NCBI GenBank assembly: GCA_002256025.1
Contig: NKIB01014383.1
Coordinates: 1-44,040 of the forward strand
Length of the DNA: 44,040 bases
Direction of reading: 5' to 3'
Source of the DNA: Asterionella formosa
Lineage: Eukaryota
The notes under the pieces were generated by a model. That model worked only from the letters and a program-made list of their open reading frames with translations. It was not told where the DNA came from and searched no databases. The stretch's first letter is position 1. Every line of letters begins with the position of its first letter. The translations under genes and the position numbers were made by a program. Shown here piece after piece: positions 12,369 to 24,403 of the stretch.

Positions 12369-13687
12369 CTAGAGATGGAGGGATACGTTTCTTTCCATAG
12401 GCCTTTGTGTTAGTGGCATTCCCAGCTCGTTTCCTGATCGCAACTGAGTTTTTTTGGGAGTGGAACCAGCAGGGGACAAGTACATATGAAGTCTCAAAGC
12501 TCCATTGGTGAGGTGATTGTCCATAGCACCTGCATGAAAAGTATCACCCCGCATTAAAAATATGTACTTGAAAGGAATGCGAAGTAATATCGCATGTTGA
12601 TTCTCTGCTGCTTTACCTTTTCGATCTAAGTCAAAGTTCCAGTCGAATGACTCTCCATCCCAGACATTTATGGAGAACCAACCAGAACCGAGGGACATAT
12701 CCAATCCCCAAGGAAGGCACATGTCAACATCATTAATTACCAGCTCTGTATGCTGGTAGTCAAAATGTGGCTCTTGACAAACCGTTGACAAATTGACATT
12801 AGTGTGCAATAATGTACAGGTAGCTATGTGGCATACCTTTGCTGACATTGGTTGCGTTACCTGCTACAAATGGGGGCTGCGTAACAGAACCGGGAATGAC
12901 CATTGACAGAATTTTCCAAAAGTGGTTCGCATTGTCATGTGATGTGGGGTCCGAGATCTTCATTTTGTCAGTGAATGGGCCATAGGCAACCAACGACATT
13001 GCCCTGCCTGTCATCTGCCTTAAGTATTTGGCAAGGATCCTCTTTGTCCGGAAAGAAGCCCTGATAAGCGACCAAGTCGCCTGATCTGTACCGACTTGAC
13101 CCATAATCTGCTGTTGGCCGATGTCCAGGAAAGGACAGTTTTTGGTCGCAAAAAAGGTGTCTGGCAGAAAGGACAAGTTTAACACAAATACCTTATCAGG
13201 TGGTACATTAGAAATCTGGAGCATTGTATCATCTTCCATGATATAAGACACAGCTTTCATGGCTTCAGCAATTTTTTCAAGAAAGAAGCGGAGATCATCA
13301 ATGCGGCGATATTTGAATGAGGGCCAGGAATCGTCTTTGAAGAACTTCATAGCCGCTTCACGTTTGCAAGGTGTAATGACAAGTACCTGCCATCCACCTT
13401 CTTTCCGCCCTGTTTTTGATAACTGATAACGACCTGATTTTCTCCACTCTTTCCAACATGATGGGAAGTAGTTTATCCACATCCAACGCCACATTCTTGT
13501 TGGCTCTGAGGTGACCTTGTAGGAAAAAGCGAAGTAACTTATGGTCTGAGTTCTCCTTATTTTTATCTAGCAACACTCCAAGTTTCCACTTCATGACAAA
13601 CCAATTGGCGTTTTCACGAAGTGGGACTGGAACAATTGAGATGTCTTTCCCAAGTCGGGTGGCAGTTAAGCTTTTCGAGACGACCAT
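12369..13687 (-). pseudogene. Frameshifted gene ending in a 2OG-Fe(II) dioxygenase-like (DSBH) domain
   Basis: Three overlapping - strand ORFs (13687-13358, 13494-12799, 12848-12369) join into one protein of ~440 aa; C-terminal QEPHFD ... LRIPFKYIFLMRGDTFHAG ... RLHMYL gives an HxD...H...R pattern. Confidence 0.65.
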
Positions 13688-14722
13688 TGTCGGTTTTTGG
13701 TAAAAAATGTTGTATGTAGTTGAGCAGCTACATGGAATACCACATCACTATTTCTGGCGGTTCTGCACAGCTGGCCACACTGGTATACACGATTCAATAA
13801 GCAATTGCATTTACACAGCAATTGCGACATAAAACAATAGTAAAATTTTTAATATGGCCACAAATAGTCATTACAAGGAACACACATACTATCGGTATAC
13901 CCTGGTACCAGGGGTACCAGTAACCAACATCAGATGTATCGATATCATCGGTTGTCCGACGAAAAATGGACGATGTGACTACATGAATGCCTGGAGAAGA
14001 GAAGCAATCCAACAATCAACCGCATCCGTTAGGCAAAGAATCGCTACTGGCGTCATTGCGGAACTGATTTCGCTTCAAACCGGTCATGATGGACGACGAT
14101 TGGCATGGTGAAAGGTGAATTGCCGGAGTCCACTTTTCAGGAGACGAACGAAAACGAGGTGAATTCTAGATGTAAATTATTGAAATCTGTATAATATGTA
14201 AAATTGTTTCCTTAAGTAGACCCCTTGCCAATTTCGGCAATCCCAGGGCTGGAAAACCGAGGGGCAATTGGCGTCTGTTGTCTTTCCAAAATGCGAACAT
14301 ATGAAATATACAATATATATTTTAATGATGGGCAATATTGGACCTTTTGCAATTTTCGAGGTGAAGATAGGAAATATACGAAATATATTTTATATGATGG
14401 GTAAGCGAATGACGTGACGATAGCTAGAGCGGGAATTGTCTCAACAATACCCTTCTCGGCGGCTACTTGCCTTCTCGTACACATGTGTTCTCAAATGGGA
14501 TGGCACTTCTAGGGTGACCTTCTCGCAGCGCCGGGGGCGCCACTCGTACGGTCAGCCTACTCGCGCCACCCAGCCTCGAACACATGTATACTCGCAGGGA
14601 ATCGGGCGTGTATTGCCTTCAGCATGACGTTCGATTTGATGAAGCACCATCGTCGTCGTCTTCACTTTACACCTTGATCATGCATCACAATGACGTTGCG
14701 TACTTCCGTTATTTCGACATGC

Positions 14723-15682
14723 ATGATGAAACTTTTCCTCCTACTACTGTTTCTTGTTCCGGTTCAAGCCAGACCAACATTTTTGACGGGGTTTGCGAGA
14801 AATCCCTCTAAATTGCCCCAGGGAAGTGAAAGTAATTTCAAACCCTGCTTTGCTGAGCGTACCAAGAGGAGTTCCGGTGGGTTTGGTTCAGCAACGAAGG
14901 AGGCAACTGGACAACTTTCGAATAAAGCTAAGAAGCTATTGAAGCAGCACGGTAACAACGTTGATGCAGCCAGTAGTGCCTACTTTCAATCTCAAATGGA
15001 GTCCAGAGCACATGATGGTGGGATAGAAGAGATGCATGAAGCAAGGGTCGCTGCTACCTGGAACACTATTGCTATGTTTCTCCCACAGGACTATGCCCGA
15101 ACCAAAGGAAAGGTTGAGGCCTTTGTCGAACGGCGTTTGAGATATGTTGCTGCTGCGTGTCGTGGAGATCTAGCAATCGACCTGTTGGATGTGGGCTGTG
15201 GAGATGGCGCGATCATTTCATACTTGTGCAACAAGTGCCGGTTCAATGGTATGGACATATCGTCGGAGATGATCGAGCTAGGGAAGCAGCGATATCCTAG
15301 GTCCAATCTGTGGGTGGGAGGATTTCCACGAAGCGTACCTGCTGGTTCGACCTATGATGCAATCTTGTTCAACGGTTCTTTGCAATTCTTCCGGGACACC
15401 CGGAGAACCCTTGAACATGCTGCCAACATGCTGAACCCTGGAGGTCGAATTATTCTCTCTCATGTGAATGGTGGGATTTTTGTCGCGGACGAGTGCAAGA
15501 AGAATCCGTCACTTGCTGTTCGAAACATGCCCAACAAAGTGAATCTCAACACCATGGCGCAGCTCCTTGGACTCACCATTGCGGATAAGCAAACGCTTTT
15601 GGCAGGACATGATTTCAATCCTGATCTCGATGGAGCAAATGATGACTTCTATTTGGTTATCTTGGAGAAACCTGAGTATTAA
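14723..15682 (+). CDS. Class I SAM-dependent methyltransferase with N-terminal signal peptide (possibly plastid-targeted)
   Basis: Motif I LLDVGCGDG, GMDISSEMI, YDAILF, LNPGGRIIL; start MMKLFLLLLFLVPVQA is a signal peptide followed by a basic Ser-rich stretch. Confidence 0.9.
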   Translation: MMKLFLLLLFLVPVQARPTFLTGFARNPSKLPQGSESNFKPCFAERTKRSSGGFGSATKEATGQLSNKAKKLLKQHGNNVDAASSAYFQSQMESRAHDGGIEEMHEARVAATWNTIAMFLPQDYARTKGKVEAFVERRLRYVAAACRGDLAIDLLDVGCGDGAIISYLCNKCRFNGMDISSEMIELGKQRYPRSNLWVGGFPRSVPAGSTYDAILFNGSLQFFRDTRRTLEHAANMLNPGGRIILSHVNGGIFVADECKKNPSLAVRNMPNKVNLNTMAQLLGLTIADKQTLLAGHDFNPDLDGANDDFYLVILEKPEY

Positions 15683-15933
15683 CCCAACATATTTAGCACC
15701 TTGTTTCTTTATGGGTGCTTATCGTGTTGCCTATTTTAAGCATGGCGTTTTAGACGTTTTTTCTCGACAGCTCAACCCCAAAAACAACTTCGGCTCCTTC
15801 TGACATGGTCTAGCGATGATTGACATGATATCAAGCCTATATCTCTTTCACAGACTACTGTATACATTGTGTACTGTACTAAACAATGTTAAAGTACATG
15901 AGAAGTAAATACAACCCTTACAGGCAATTATCA

Positions 15934-18024
15934 TCAATTTGTGGGAGCCCTAACCTGGACAATTGTCGCCAAAATGCCGTGGTCACTTGGGAAATTTAGA
16001 GTAGGAAATGCCATATCTTCGATATATTCCTTCATCCCTGTGTTGTCTTTCCATGTTTGAACCACTTCGAAATCCTTCTTACTAAAAAGAATAAAGTCCT
16101 TTGGATTAACATCACCCTTTTCTCTTTTTTCTTCTTGCTTGCACGCTTTGTTCAATTGAGGTTGCAAAAAAGTACGAGCGTTGTATGTCGTGTAGTTGGA
16201 AGGATTGGGTTTGTCACCCCAACACGATGTGAGACCCTGTTTCACATAATGAATGCCCCAGTCCATGACATCTTGTTGTTTCTTAGGCTTGGCGTGTTCA
16301 TATGTATTGGCATCCAATCCAAATATAAGTTTGTGTGACACTAGTTCAGGCCTTTGCCGCATAGCCTCAATAATGGCACTCAAGACCGGTTTGGTGGCGA
16401 GTCCATCGGTATCTCCGTGGAACGACGCAACTACAAACGGAACTCCGTCAACGTTTGTTGTCGTAATTGCCAATATATCCCCCTTTGCCACAGGTACATG
16501 ACCCCCTTCTGGAAAGGCTTTTTCCACAAGAGCGGTAATTTCCGATGATGCTCCACCAGGAAAAGTGGTCTTGCTTAAAAAGATAACAGAGTTTTGATCA
16601 CGAACCGCGTCCAATGCGGCGGGAGCGACAATATGAAAATGTTGCCCCAAGCCACTGACGCGAGCCTTGTCAATAAATGAACTTGATACTTCCTGGAGGG
16701 TGACGATATCTGACGCAATGTACTGCGATTCCAAAATCTGAAGGGTGTGAGAAACCTTTTTCTTGTTGAGGTTCTCCACCATTAATCGCTTGAGAGGTTG
16801 CCAAACATCTGGCGACGACACTGTATTCATCATATGAACGAGAATTGCATCAAAAATAGCTCCACACATGGTTTGGAGTGGAAGCGAGTCCACCTCTTCT
16901 TGCTGAAGTTTGCGGCAACAATGAAATGTAAGTGAAGTAAAACAACGAACAGTTGCCCATGTGACGAACTAAATTCAACGTACTTCTGAAATGTCAGGAT
17001 ATTTGGCCTTCTTGATTGGCTGCAGCATACTGTAAGGAATCTTGGCTTCGACACCATTCTCGGTTTTAATCTTGATTTGTCTAGTAAACATGAACGCTTC
17101 CCACGCCGCGAACCACTTATCGAGCGAACCGAGATCTCCATCATACATGTTAATGACAGTTGGTCGGCAAATAGGTTCAGGGTTTCCTTCTTCATTGATG
17201 GTGTTAGTGATACGATCGGGCATGGACGCCAATCGTTTGTTTCCTAGAACCGGGTCCTGTGGCAAGAAGAATAGAAAGCTAACTTTGTCAGCCAAGCGAA
17301 TTATCTATGCACGGTAATTATTTAAGGAATCTGATTATCAATTGAAGCACTTTTTACGCACCTTCATAAACTCAGAAATAATCTTTCTGTTCTTAAAGTC
17401 TCCGTCCCAATATGACTTGACTGACTGCCATCCCACTGCTGCCATCTTGGCCTCCAACCTGGAAAACATTTCCTCTGTAAAGACATTTGACACAGGAACA
17501 TCCTTGTCTCCCGGATTCTCCAAAAAGTGCTCGACTTGGACCATCAGATTCTCGTAGTCTGGGTTCTCCTTGTAGGTGATCCAGTACTCGAATGGATTGT
17601 TGTTGATGGCCGCAATATTCCACGTTGTCACAGAAAGGCGTCGCCCAGCTGCATACATTGCCGCTATGCCTCTGTCTGCCGAAGCCATAATGGCTGGATC
17701 TGCGTTGGAGTTTCCTAAGAAGGAGCCTGCGCCTCCTGCAGAAGAGTAGTAACAAATAAAAGGGGTTAGTTGGGAGAGGCAAGAGACTGGGACGCTCGCG
17801 AACGCGGCATGACTTGATAGTGTCTCGACAACAAACAGCGGAATCAATCATTTCGGTCGCTCTGTCTCACCCGATCGATACAAAAACGCAGTGTACAGAG
17901 CTGTAGCGAGTAAAAAGGTAATGGTCTTGTTTCGGTAGTCCACAAGCGACTTTGTTGAGGGAGGTGTGGTAGATCCTGTCCTTTGATAGGCAATAAAGTT
18001 CCGTCTACCGTAGGCCATGGTCAT
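15934..18024 (-). CDS. Endonuclease/exonuclease/phosphatase (EEP) family protein with N-terminal membrane anchor, 4 exons
   Basis: Exons 18024-17871, 17735-17362, 17256-16984, 16902-15934 join in frame across GT-AG introns; motifs TTWNIA, DIVTLQE, SFHGD, GLDAN, KDFILF, FPSDH. Confidence 0.88.
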
Positions 18025-18497
18025 GCTATGATACAAGTCTTTGGAAGCAGAATCGTGAAGTCGAGCTCCAACATTCACAAAAATGGGAGGCTCTGCGGAG
18101 TTCGAGTTTCTGCTTCAGTTGTGTATAGAACTGGTGAACCGGGGTACCCTGGTACCTGGTACCAGGAACCAGTACCTGGTACTAATACTGCGGCATCATT
18201 GCTTATCATATATCTGATAATTGGAAGAGCTCGCGCTTCTCAAATGTAAGGATTCGCCGACGTGAAATTCCATCATTGTGTGTCGTTGGTTACTTTAGAA
18301 TACCTGGGCCGTCAATGGACTTCACACCATTTCTCTCCTCCCGCTTCCCACAATTAAGCAAACAGAATTTGGCTTCATTTCAAACACTAAAGTCCCGACA
18401 AACGATCGAAAATAGCAAATGAAAATCAAACGAAGAAAGATTTCAAGATAGCCTTCGGCTACTTTATACATTCTCCGACAATTTCTAAAGCACTCAC

Positions 18498-18753
18498 CAG
18501 GAAAATGTCCACGTCTACGACCCAACTCCATGGATGCCAGTAAACCAGCTACAATGAACATACCGACCACCCCAGCCACAGAAACCCGACGCCGAAAGTT
18601 GTAGCTTCGTGGATTAAAGAATGTCTGAACAGGCTTTCTGGTGTTGTAAAAACTAGATGGTATGTTGGCTTCGGGGTCCACATTGATGCTTGTATAGTCT
18701 GGTTCACTCATTTGGGATGTTTGTTGTGGTGGAGGAGCAGGACGACGACGCAT
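18498..18753 (-). CDS. Orphan first exon with transmembrane segment; candidate alternative first exon of the EEP gene
   Basis: ATG 18753 (MRRRPAPP...), TM segment VSVAGVVGMFIVAGLLA after RRR, strong donor G|GTGAGT at 18498/18497 in phase 1. Confidence 0.45.
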
Positions 18754-20648
18754 CAAATGAGGTAAGAAGATGTGAGCCAACGTAGTTCTTAAAATCGTTC
18801 ATTGGATGCATGATGACGGCGATTGGGCACAGCCATGACGGTGAGGATGCCCGAGAAAAGACTCAAAATATTAATTGAATGCCAGTGAGTGCCTGATGAC
18901 CCAACGATGATGTCGGGGGATGATGCTGAGGAGTACCGGTACACCGGGATCTCCGTCAAAAGGCATTGTTGTCTGGCTATGTTCGTTCATATCATGATTA
19001 TAAGAAAAGCAGATGATCTCCTATGTACCGGTATACTAGCAGTACCAATTGCATTTGGTACCAGTACCGGTACACTGGTGCTCGTAACAGGTACCCTTGT
19101 ACGGTAATACTGTACAAATGCTCGGGCCATTATACAGCCCAACAACAATAGCAGCAGCAGTGTCACAATTGTATGACAATCTATATATACCCGGAATACA
19201 GATAGGTACTTGTTTGTATATATGGATGTAGGAAACCCGACATCATGTACACTTGCACAGTGAAAGTCTACTGCTACATTAGAACAAGAATGTGCAGTAC
19301 TCCCTGGTACATTGCTTGTATTAGCAAGTTGTAGTAATGTTGCTTCTTAGCCTTATAGGGTACACAGCTAGATATTTTAATCTTCGTGAAACCCCACAGA
19401 TGTAGAGCAATCCTCCTCCAAAAGACAACCCTATCGCCAAAATATTGGAATCGGAATTTGTAGATGCAAAAACGTTCTGATAGACATAGGAGTCTTGCAT
19501 AGGTATGTTTGCCCGCATTATTCTCTGTCCAAAAGAAAGACTCCATTGTAAGTTCCCACATCACTACACATATTCTGATTGGTTGAATTGAATTTACTCA
19601 CCTGCTCCAGATTGGCTGAGTCTCCGAATCTTGTAAAATCACGCCAGCCACACTTGAACCACATGTATTAGATGTACTGTACACTGGAAAGTATAATCAG
19701 TACTATAAGTTTTCCCATCATGAACCCAGATTACATACCAGTACTACGCACTGATAAACTGCTATATAGATGCCTTTGGGCTAGAGAATAAATCTACATG
19801 TAGCAATGTAGATTCAATATGAACATATAAATACCATTTCTTTTGTTTGAACAAGACCCACAAATCAGTTACCAGCATCGATCTAACAGTATGTCAACCA
19901 ATTTCCGGTTATAGCAGTTTACTAAATGTAGCATCTGACAACGGGACATATACATATTTGCATGTAGCTAGTACTGTAAAAGTGTCGAATCTGCTCATAA
20001 CATCATCGTTTTAAAAATTAGGCCTCTCTAAATTCCATGGAAATATGTGCCATTGGTGTCTTTAATTGTCTTTTTCAGAATTTGTGTTATTAGGACAATT
20101 CTTTTATGATTGTACTGTCTATGTTGTGCTTGATATATGTATCAAATAGGAAGAGTCATTCTCATTTTTCGTGGAGATATTCACTATTTTAATCATGGTA
20201 AATGCTGAGACAACACGATGAAGGATTCTCCAGCCGCTTGCAACTATGAATACCACTACACTAAAGCGTATTATATAAACAAAAAAGCATATTTCAGTTA
20301 AATAATTATTTTTCCGTGCAAATGCTGGCTACCTTGGGTACTAGTACCCGCCCTGTGAATGAAACCAGCCAATGTATAATAAATACTGGTAGGCAAGAAT
20401 ATCATACACGTTTGCAAATTGAAAGTGTCATGTAAGTATGATCAAGGTATCATACACTAGTAAGTGGCACAGGATTTTTCAGTATATGATACATTTGCAC
20501 AAATATAAAATTACTACTAAGTGCATTTTTTAGTACACTATTGTTAACGAACTTGACAATTGTGGATGTTCTTGTGAAGGGTCTTAGACCTGGTTGTTGT
20601 TGTCTGCCTCACCACCCGGAATCCAAGGGATGACATAAACAAAGCAGG

Positions 20649-20712
20649 TGGAGAAAGCGGGAATCGAGCCCGCCACCTCGGATGGTGAGCTTACCAATTA
20701 GGCTATTTCCCA
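20649..20712 (-). pseudogene. tRNA-derived sequence (Ala-like) with truncated anticodon arm
   Basis: - strand TGGGAAATAGCCTAATTGGTAAGC-TCACCATCC-GAGGT-GGCGGGCTCGATTCCCGC-TTTCTCCA: A box, perfect T stem GCGGG/CCCGC, acceptor stem with G3:U70. Confidence 0.75.
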
Positions 20713-21469
20713 ATGATACATTTACACATATATGTATGATCAAATCATAATGTAGCTAAGTGTGAAAATATCATTATACTTTAAATGATCATATGATCAT
20801 CATATTACATATATTGGCTGTCATAATTTTTCAGAAACAATTCTTATCTAAAAAATGAACATCAATATTATTGGAACAGCGTCTAGTTTCAAAAATATTC
20901 AATTGTTTTACACTAATATCCATTAGGCATTTCTAATTGTATCACAAGCTGATCATACAATATATATATAAATGTATCAATGACCATTCTATTCAATATC
21001 ATAAGCTTTTGTATTCTATTTGAATTTTACATGATTGACGGATATTAATAGCAGCAAGAAGTCAACATAAGAATAGCTAATTGTTATCGTACTATAGTTT
21101 TGCATTCTTTTATTATTTATCTATCTTAACATGATCATAGTTCTAATCAAAGTCACGGTTTAAAGTAAGTTGAAATGGCATATAATTTATCTCCTTCATT
21201 TTTACCAACGGCAGTTGCGTTGAATTAATGGTGTCACACAATGAGCAAAATTGCTACTTTAAGCGTCCGCAAATGGAAAACATCTTATTCGTGTGATTCA
21301 TGTTATAATGACGATCATATGATTATATAATTTCAATACAGCATCTAATATGTATAATAATTATGGTCATAGAGAATATTGTAATTATAAATACATCGAT
21401 ACATGTATTTATGTAATGTTTACCATCACACTACTACAACTATCTGCAATCGTGCAATCAATTGACATT

Positions 21470-22400
21470 CATTACAAACTTGTAATCGAAGTCAAAGGCA
21501 CATCAATGCCCATGAATTTTCATCTTCTTTACAAGGTTTTCGATTGCCACTGGAAAGTATTGATAGCACTGGTGCTATTTTAGTGATGGATTGAATTGGC
21601 CAGATTCTGTGGCATGACATGGTAAGCCAACATCAACTGATGAGTTTGCTTGCCTAGAAAATATTTGTTCTTCTGAAAGAAACGATCTAATGCATCCCCT
21701 AGACCGCTTCATTTCTCCTTCAGTGACAGGTTTCGCTCGCTCGGTATGCCCATTTAGCACAGACAGTACACATTTATGCAACTCTCTGCCTCTCCGCAAG
21801 CAACAATCTCTGCATGAGGACACTTCGGTGTAAACAGGATGACCTCAAGGTAACTAACTCCAAGCTTGGTCCCAGCCAATGTGCTCATCATTCCTTTGTT
21901 CTCTCTTTCAACATGTGAGTACACATTGAGCGAATTAAAAATTTCAATTCTGAATTGCTTGAAAGTTTTCATGTCATATGAATTGGCTTCAGAGACTGGT
22001 GGGGGCTTATCTTAATAGATTGTTGAATTTCAAAAGACATCTTGTATAGCTATTGTTGTATGCAAGCCTTCGATTCCAGAGTCCAAGGTTCATCAATGTG
22101 GAGGATGCTTCAATGACACCAAGGTTATTCATCAATTTTATTGAATATTCTAGACACTGTTGCCTTGTCCAACTGCCTTGTATCATCCTTTTCCTCCTGA
22201 AAAAACCGAATCAATTCTTTGTGACACTTCATCACTCACATCATTGTGCGTGCTCCTTGCTTGTCAATGCCTTGGCCTCCTTGCACCCCCTACGAATCGC
22301 TTTGCCAAATTGTTGTCCAGGAAATAAGTAGCAGTTCTGTTCTTTGGAAATACAGGAGCAGGCGAACCAGTCTCAGAAACAAAGGATATGTTGTGCAGGA
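21470..22400 (-). pseudogene. C-terminal remnant of an IS630/Tc1-mariner-like DDE transposase
   Basis: KLGVSYLEVILFTPKCPHAEIVACGE..., CAKWAYR and IENLVKKMKIH..CAFDFDYKFVM match the PK.H.E...IE..W..AK..YR motif; many stops and frameshifts. Confidence 0.65.
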
Positions 22401-23390
22401 CACGCACAACCTCTCTGCATTCTATTCCTTGTCGCTTTGATGCTCAACAAGCTTGTTCTCATGATGATTTGTCATAAACTCAACACAAATAAAATTCGGT
22501 AAAAACGTAATTGATTTGACGATAACATTCACATGAAAGCCATTGCCAGACTGCCAATGATGCGAGGAAAACATTGACATGGACACAAATAATGCTGGAA
22601 AACCAATATCACGCCGGTCACACACAAGTAAACAACTTACCATTGTTGGTATCTATAGGTGATGGAGGGTACGCAATAACATGGTCTCATACAAACAAAC
22701 TTTTCAACTGACACATTATTGTTCAGAAATGTTCGAAAATACATCAATGATAAGTAAGTCAATCCATAATGGGAAGCGTTTGTTGTGATGTAGCTAAACA
22801 AGCAGCAATACATAACTAGTAACAACTTGCTGCTTCTCATTGTCACTATGATTAGGATATCAAAATGAATTGTAAATGGATAAGCATCTCATTTCGGTAG
22901 GACCTATGGAAAACATCAAACGGGCAATTAGATGTAAAACCGACGTAAGTCATGAGAGGATGAACGAGCAAACAGTGATATTAGGGGAAAGCCGAATAAG
23001 GTACTAGATGAGTGATTGGCAAACAATTCTGTTTGAAGTTGAGTGATAGTGATGACAGCAGTTGGTTTTTCTGCAATCGACATGAAAAGTTTGGGAAGCA
23101 AAAGGGAAAGGCTCGGTCAACCAGAAGCATCTCCATCATGCTGCAGGAATCAAAGAATAAGCAATGATGTTCTTGGCATGGTGTAAGGATGGTGGCCGAA
23201 ATGGCGGTTAGCAGGTTGAAAGATAGAAATGATTTCCATCAATAGTAAAATTACTATCTATTTCACCTCATTTTGAACAGTCGCTTTCCGATTATGTTAA
23301 GATAGATATATGATGAAAGAATGTACATCATAGTAGGATCATGTTTTATTAATGTTTGGTGTGTTGTTTATTATAAGTATACTTGACATA

Positions 23391-23462
23391 AAGAGAATGG
23401 CGTAGTGGTTTAGCAGATTGCCTTTGATCTGAGGTGGTGTGCTTCGATCCCCGCAGTTTTTT
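23391..23462 (+). ncRNA. tRNA-like Pol III unit (pseudo-tRNA or SINE head)
   Basis: A box TGGCGTAGTGG (23398-23408), stem CAGATT/GATCTG, B-box-like GCTTCGATCCC (23441-23451), T6 run at 23457-23462; no canonical 7-nt anticodon loop. Confidence 0.6.
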
Positions 23463-24403
23463 GAGAAGCAATTGCTGGTTTCAACTCCCACACTCCTTAC
23501 CGCCCCGCACGATCTTGCCTGGTGTTCGAGAATTAGTGGGTTTGCCGCCCTACAAGCAGCTTGTGCCGCCTTCTTTCTAGGCGATCGGAGTTTCCCCTAA
23601 TGCTGCAGCTAAGATCACCTTTCCCAAAAGGTGGTTGGGGACTCACCTATGCAAAAAAACAAGGGAAAAAAGGTCTTGTTGGAAGGTAGCACAATGAAAT
23701 ACTTGCCTATAGAAATAGGGGAGTATGAATGGCTAGGCTATAAAACATACTAACTCTTTAAAATATACATGTACTTGACATGATGGTGATCATATACTTC
23801 TACTATACATTTATCATACATAGTATAACGAAATAAGTATCATGTTGCAAAAATTTCTGTGCCACATATTGTACAATACCCATGATCTTATAATTATTAA
23901 GATGTTTTTTATTTGCAGACAAAGAAAACTCACTCATAGCAAAGCTACTTTAACCAACAATGGATGCAAATGGCAAAATAAGCAAAGCAGATTGGTCTCA
24001 ATCTCTTAGGCTTTATCAGATCAAAGCTAAATATAGATTGGAACAATAAATAAGCACGCCAGTTTGCTTTATGGAACAGATATCAAAAAGATACATCTGT
24101 ATCAATTTGGAATTGGATGCACTATTGCTGGCACGAAGTCGTACGTTGTGCTGCTAGCTAGCTACATATAGCAGATTTATCGCAACGCATCTGCAGAGTA
24201 TCATGCATCATCCATAAGCACATTGCTACACACATACAGTGCCTCATACTTTTACTAAACTAGACTACCAGGTACCAGTAATTTGCTTACCTGTGCTTTG
24301 CCGTACATACCTATGGTGGCTCCTGAACGAGCTCTCTAAAATGTTGTATTACCGGTAGTACCAGGTACCTGGTAGTAAGCCTGTTGGAAATCGTCCTCAG
24401 TAC

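Larger units (their letters stand above)
20410..23920. mobile_element. Degenerate IS630/Tc1-mariner-like transposon with diverged inverted repeats
   Basis: 20410-20492 aligns loosely with the reverse complement of 23837-23920 (TGCAAAT...GATCA..GGTAT..TACA...GTGGCACAG..ATTTTT...ATGATAC); a transposase remnant lies between. Confidence 0.55.

Noticed and set aside
14211..14455. Candidate right TIR of the MULE ending in ...AATACCC
   Set aside because: No matching inverted copy found upstream of the transposase
19274..19620. Short - strand ORFs and two ATTGG (CCAAT) boxes
   Set aside because: No family motif, and the boxes are too short to be significant
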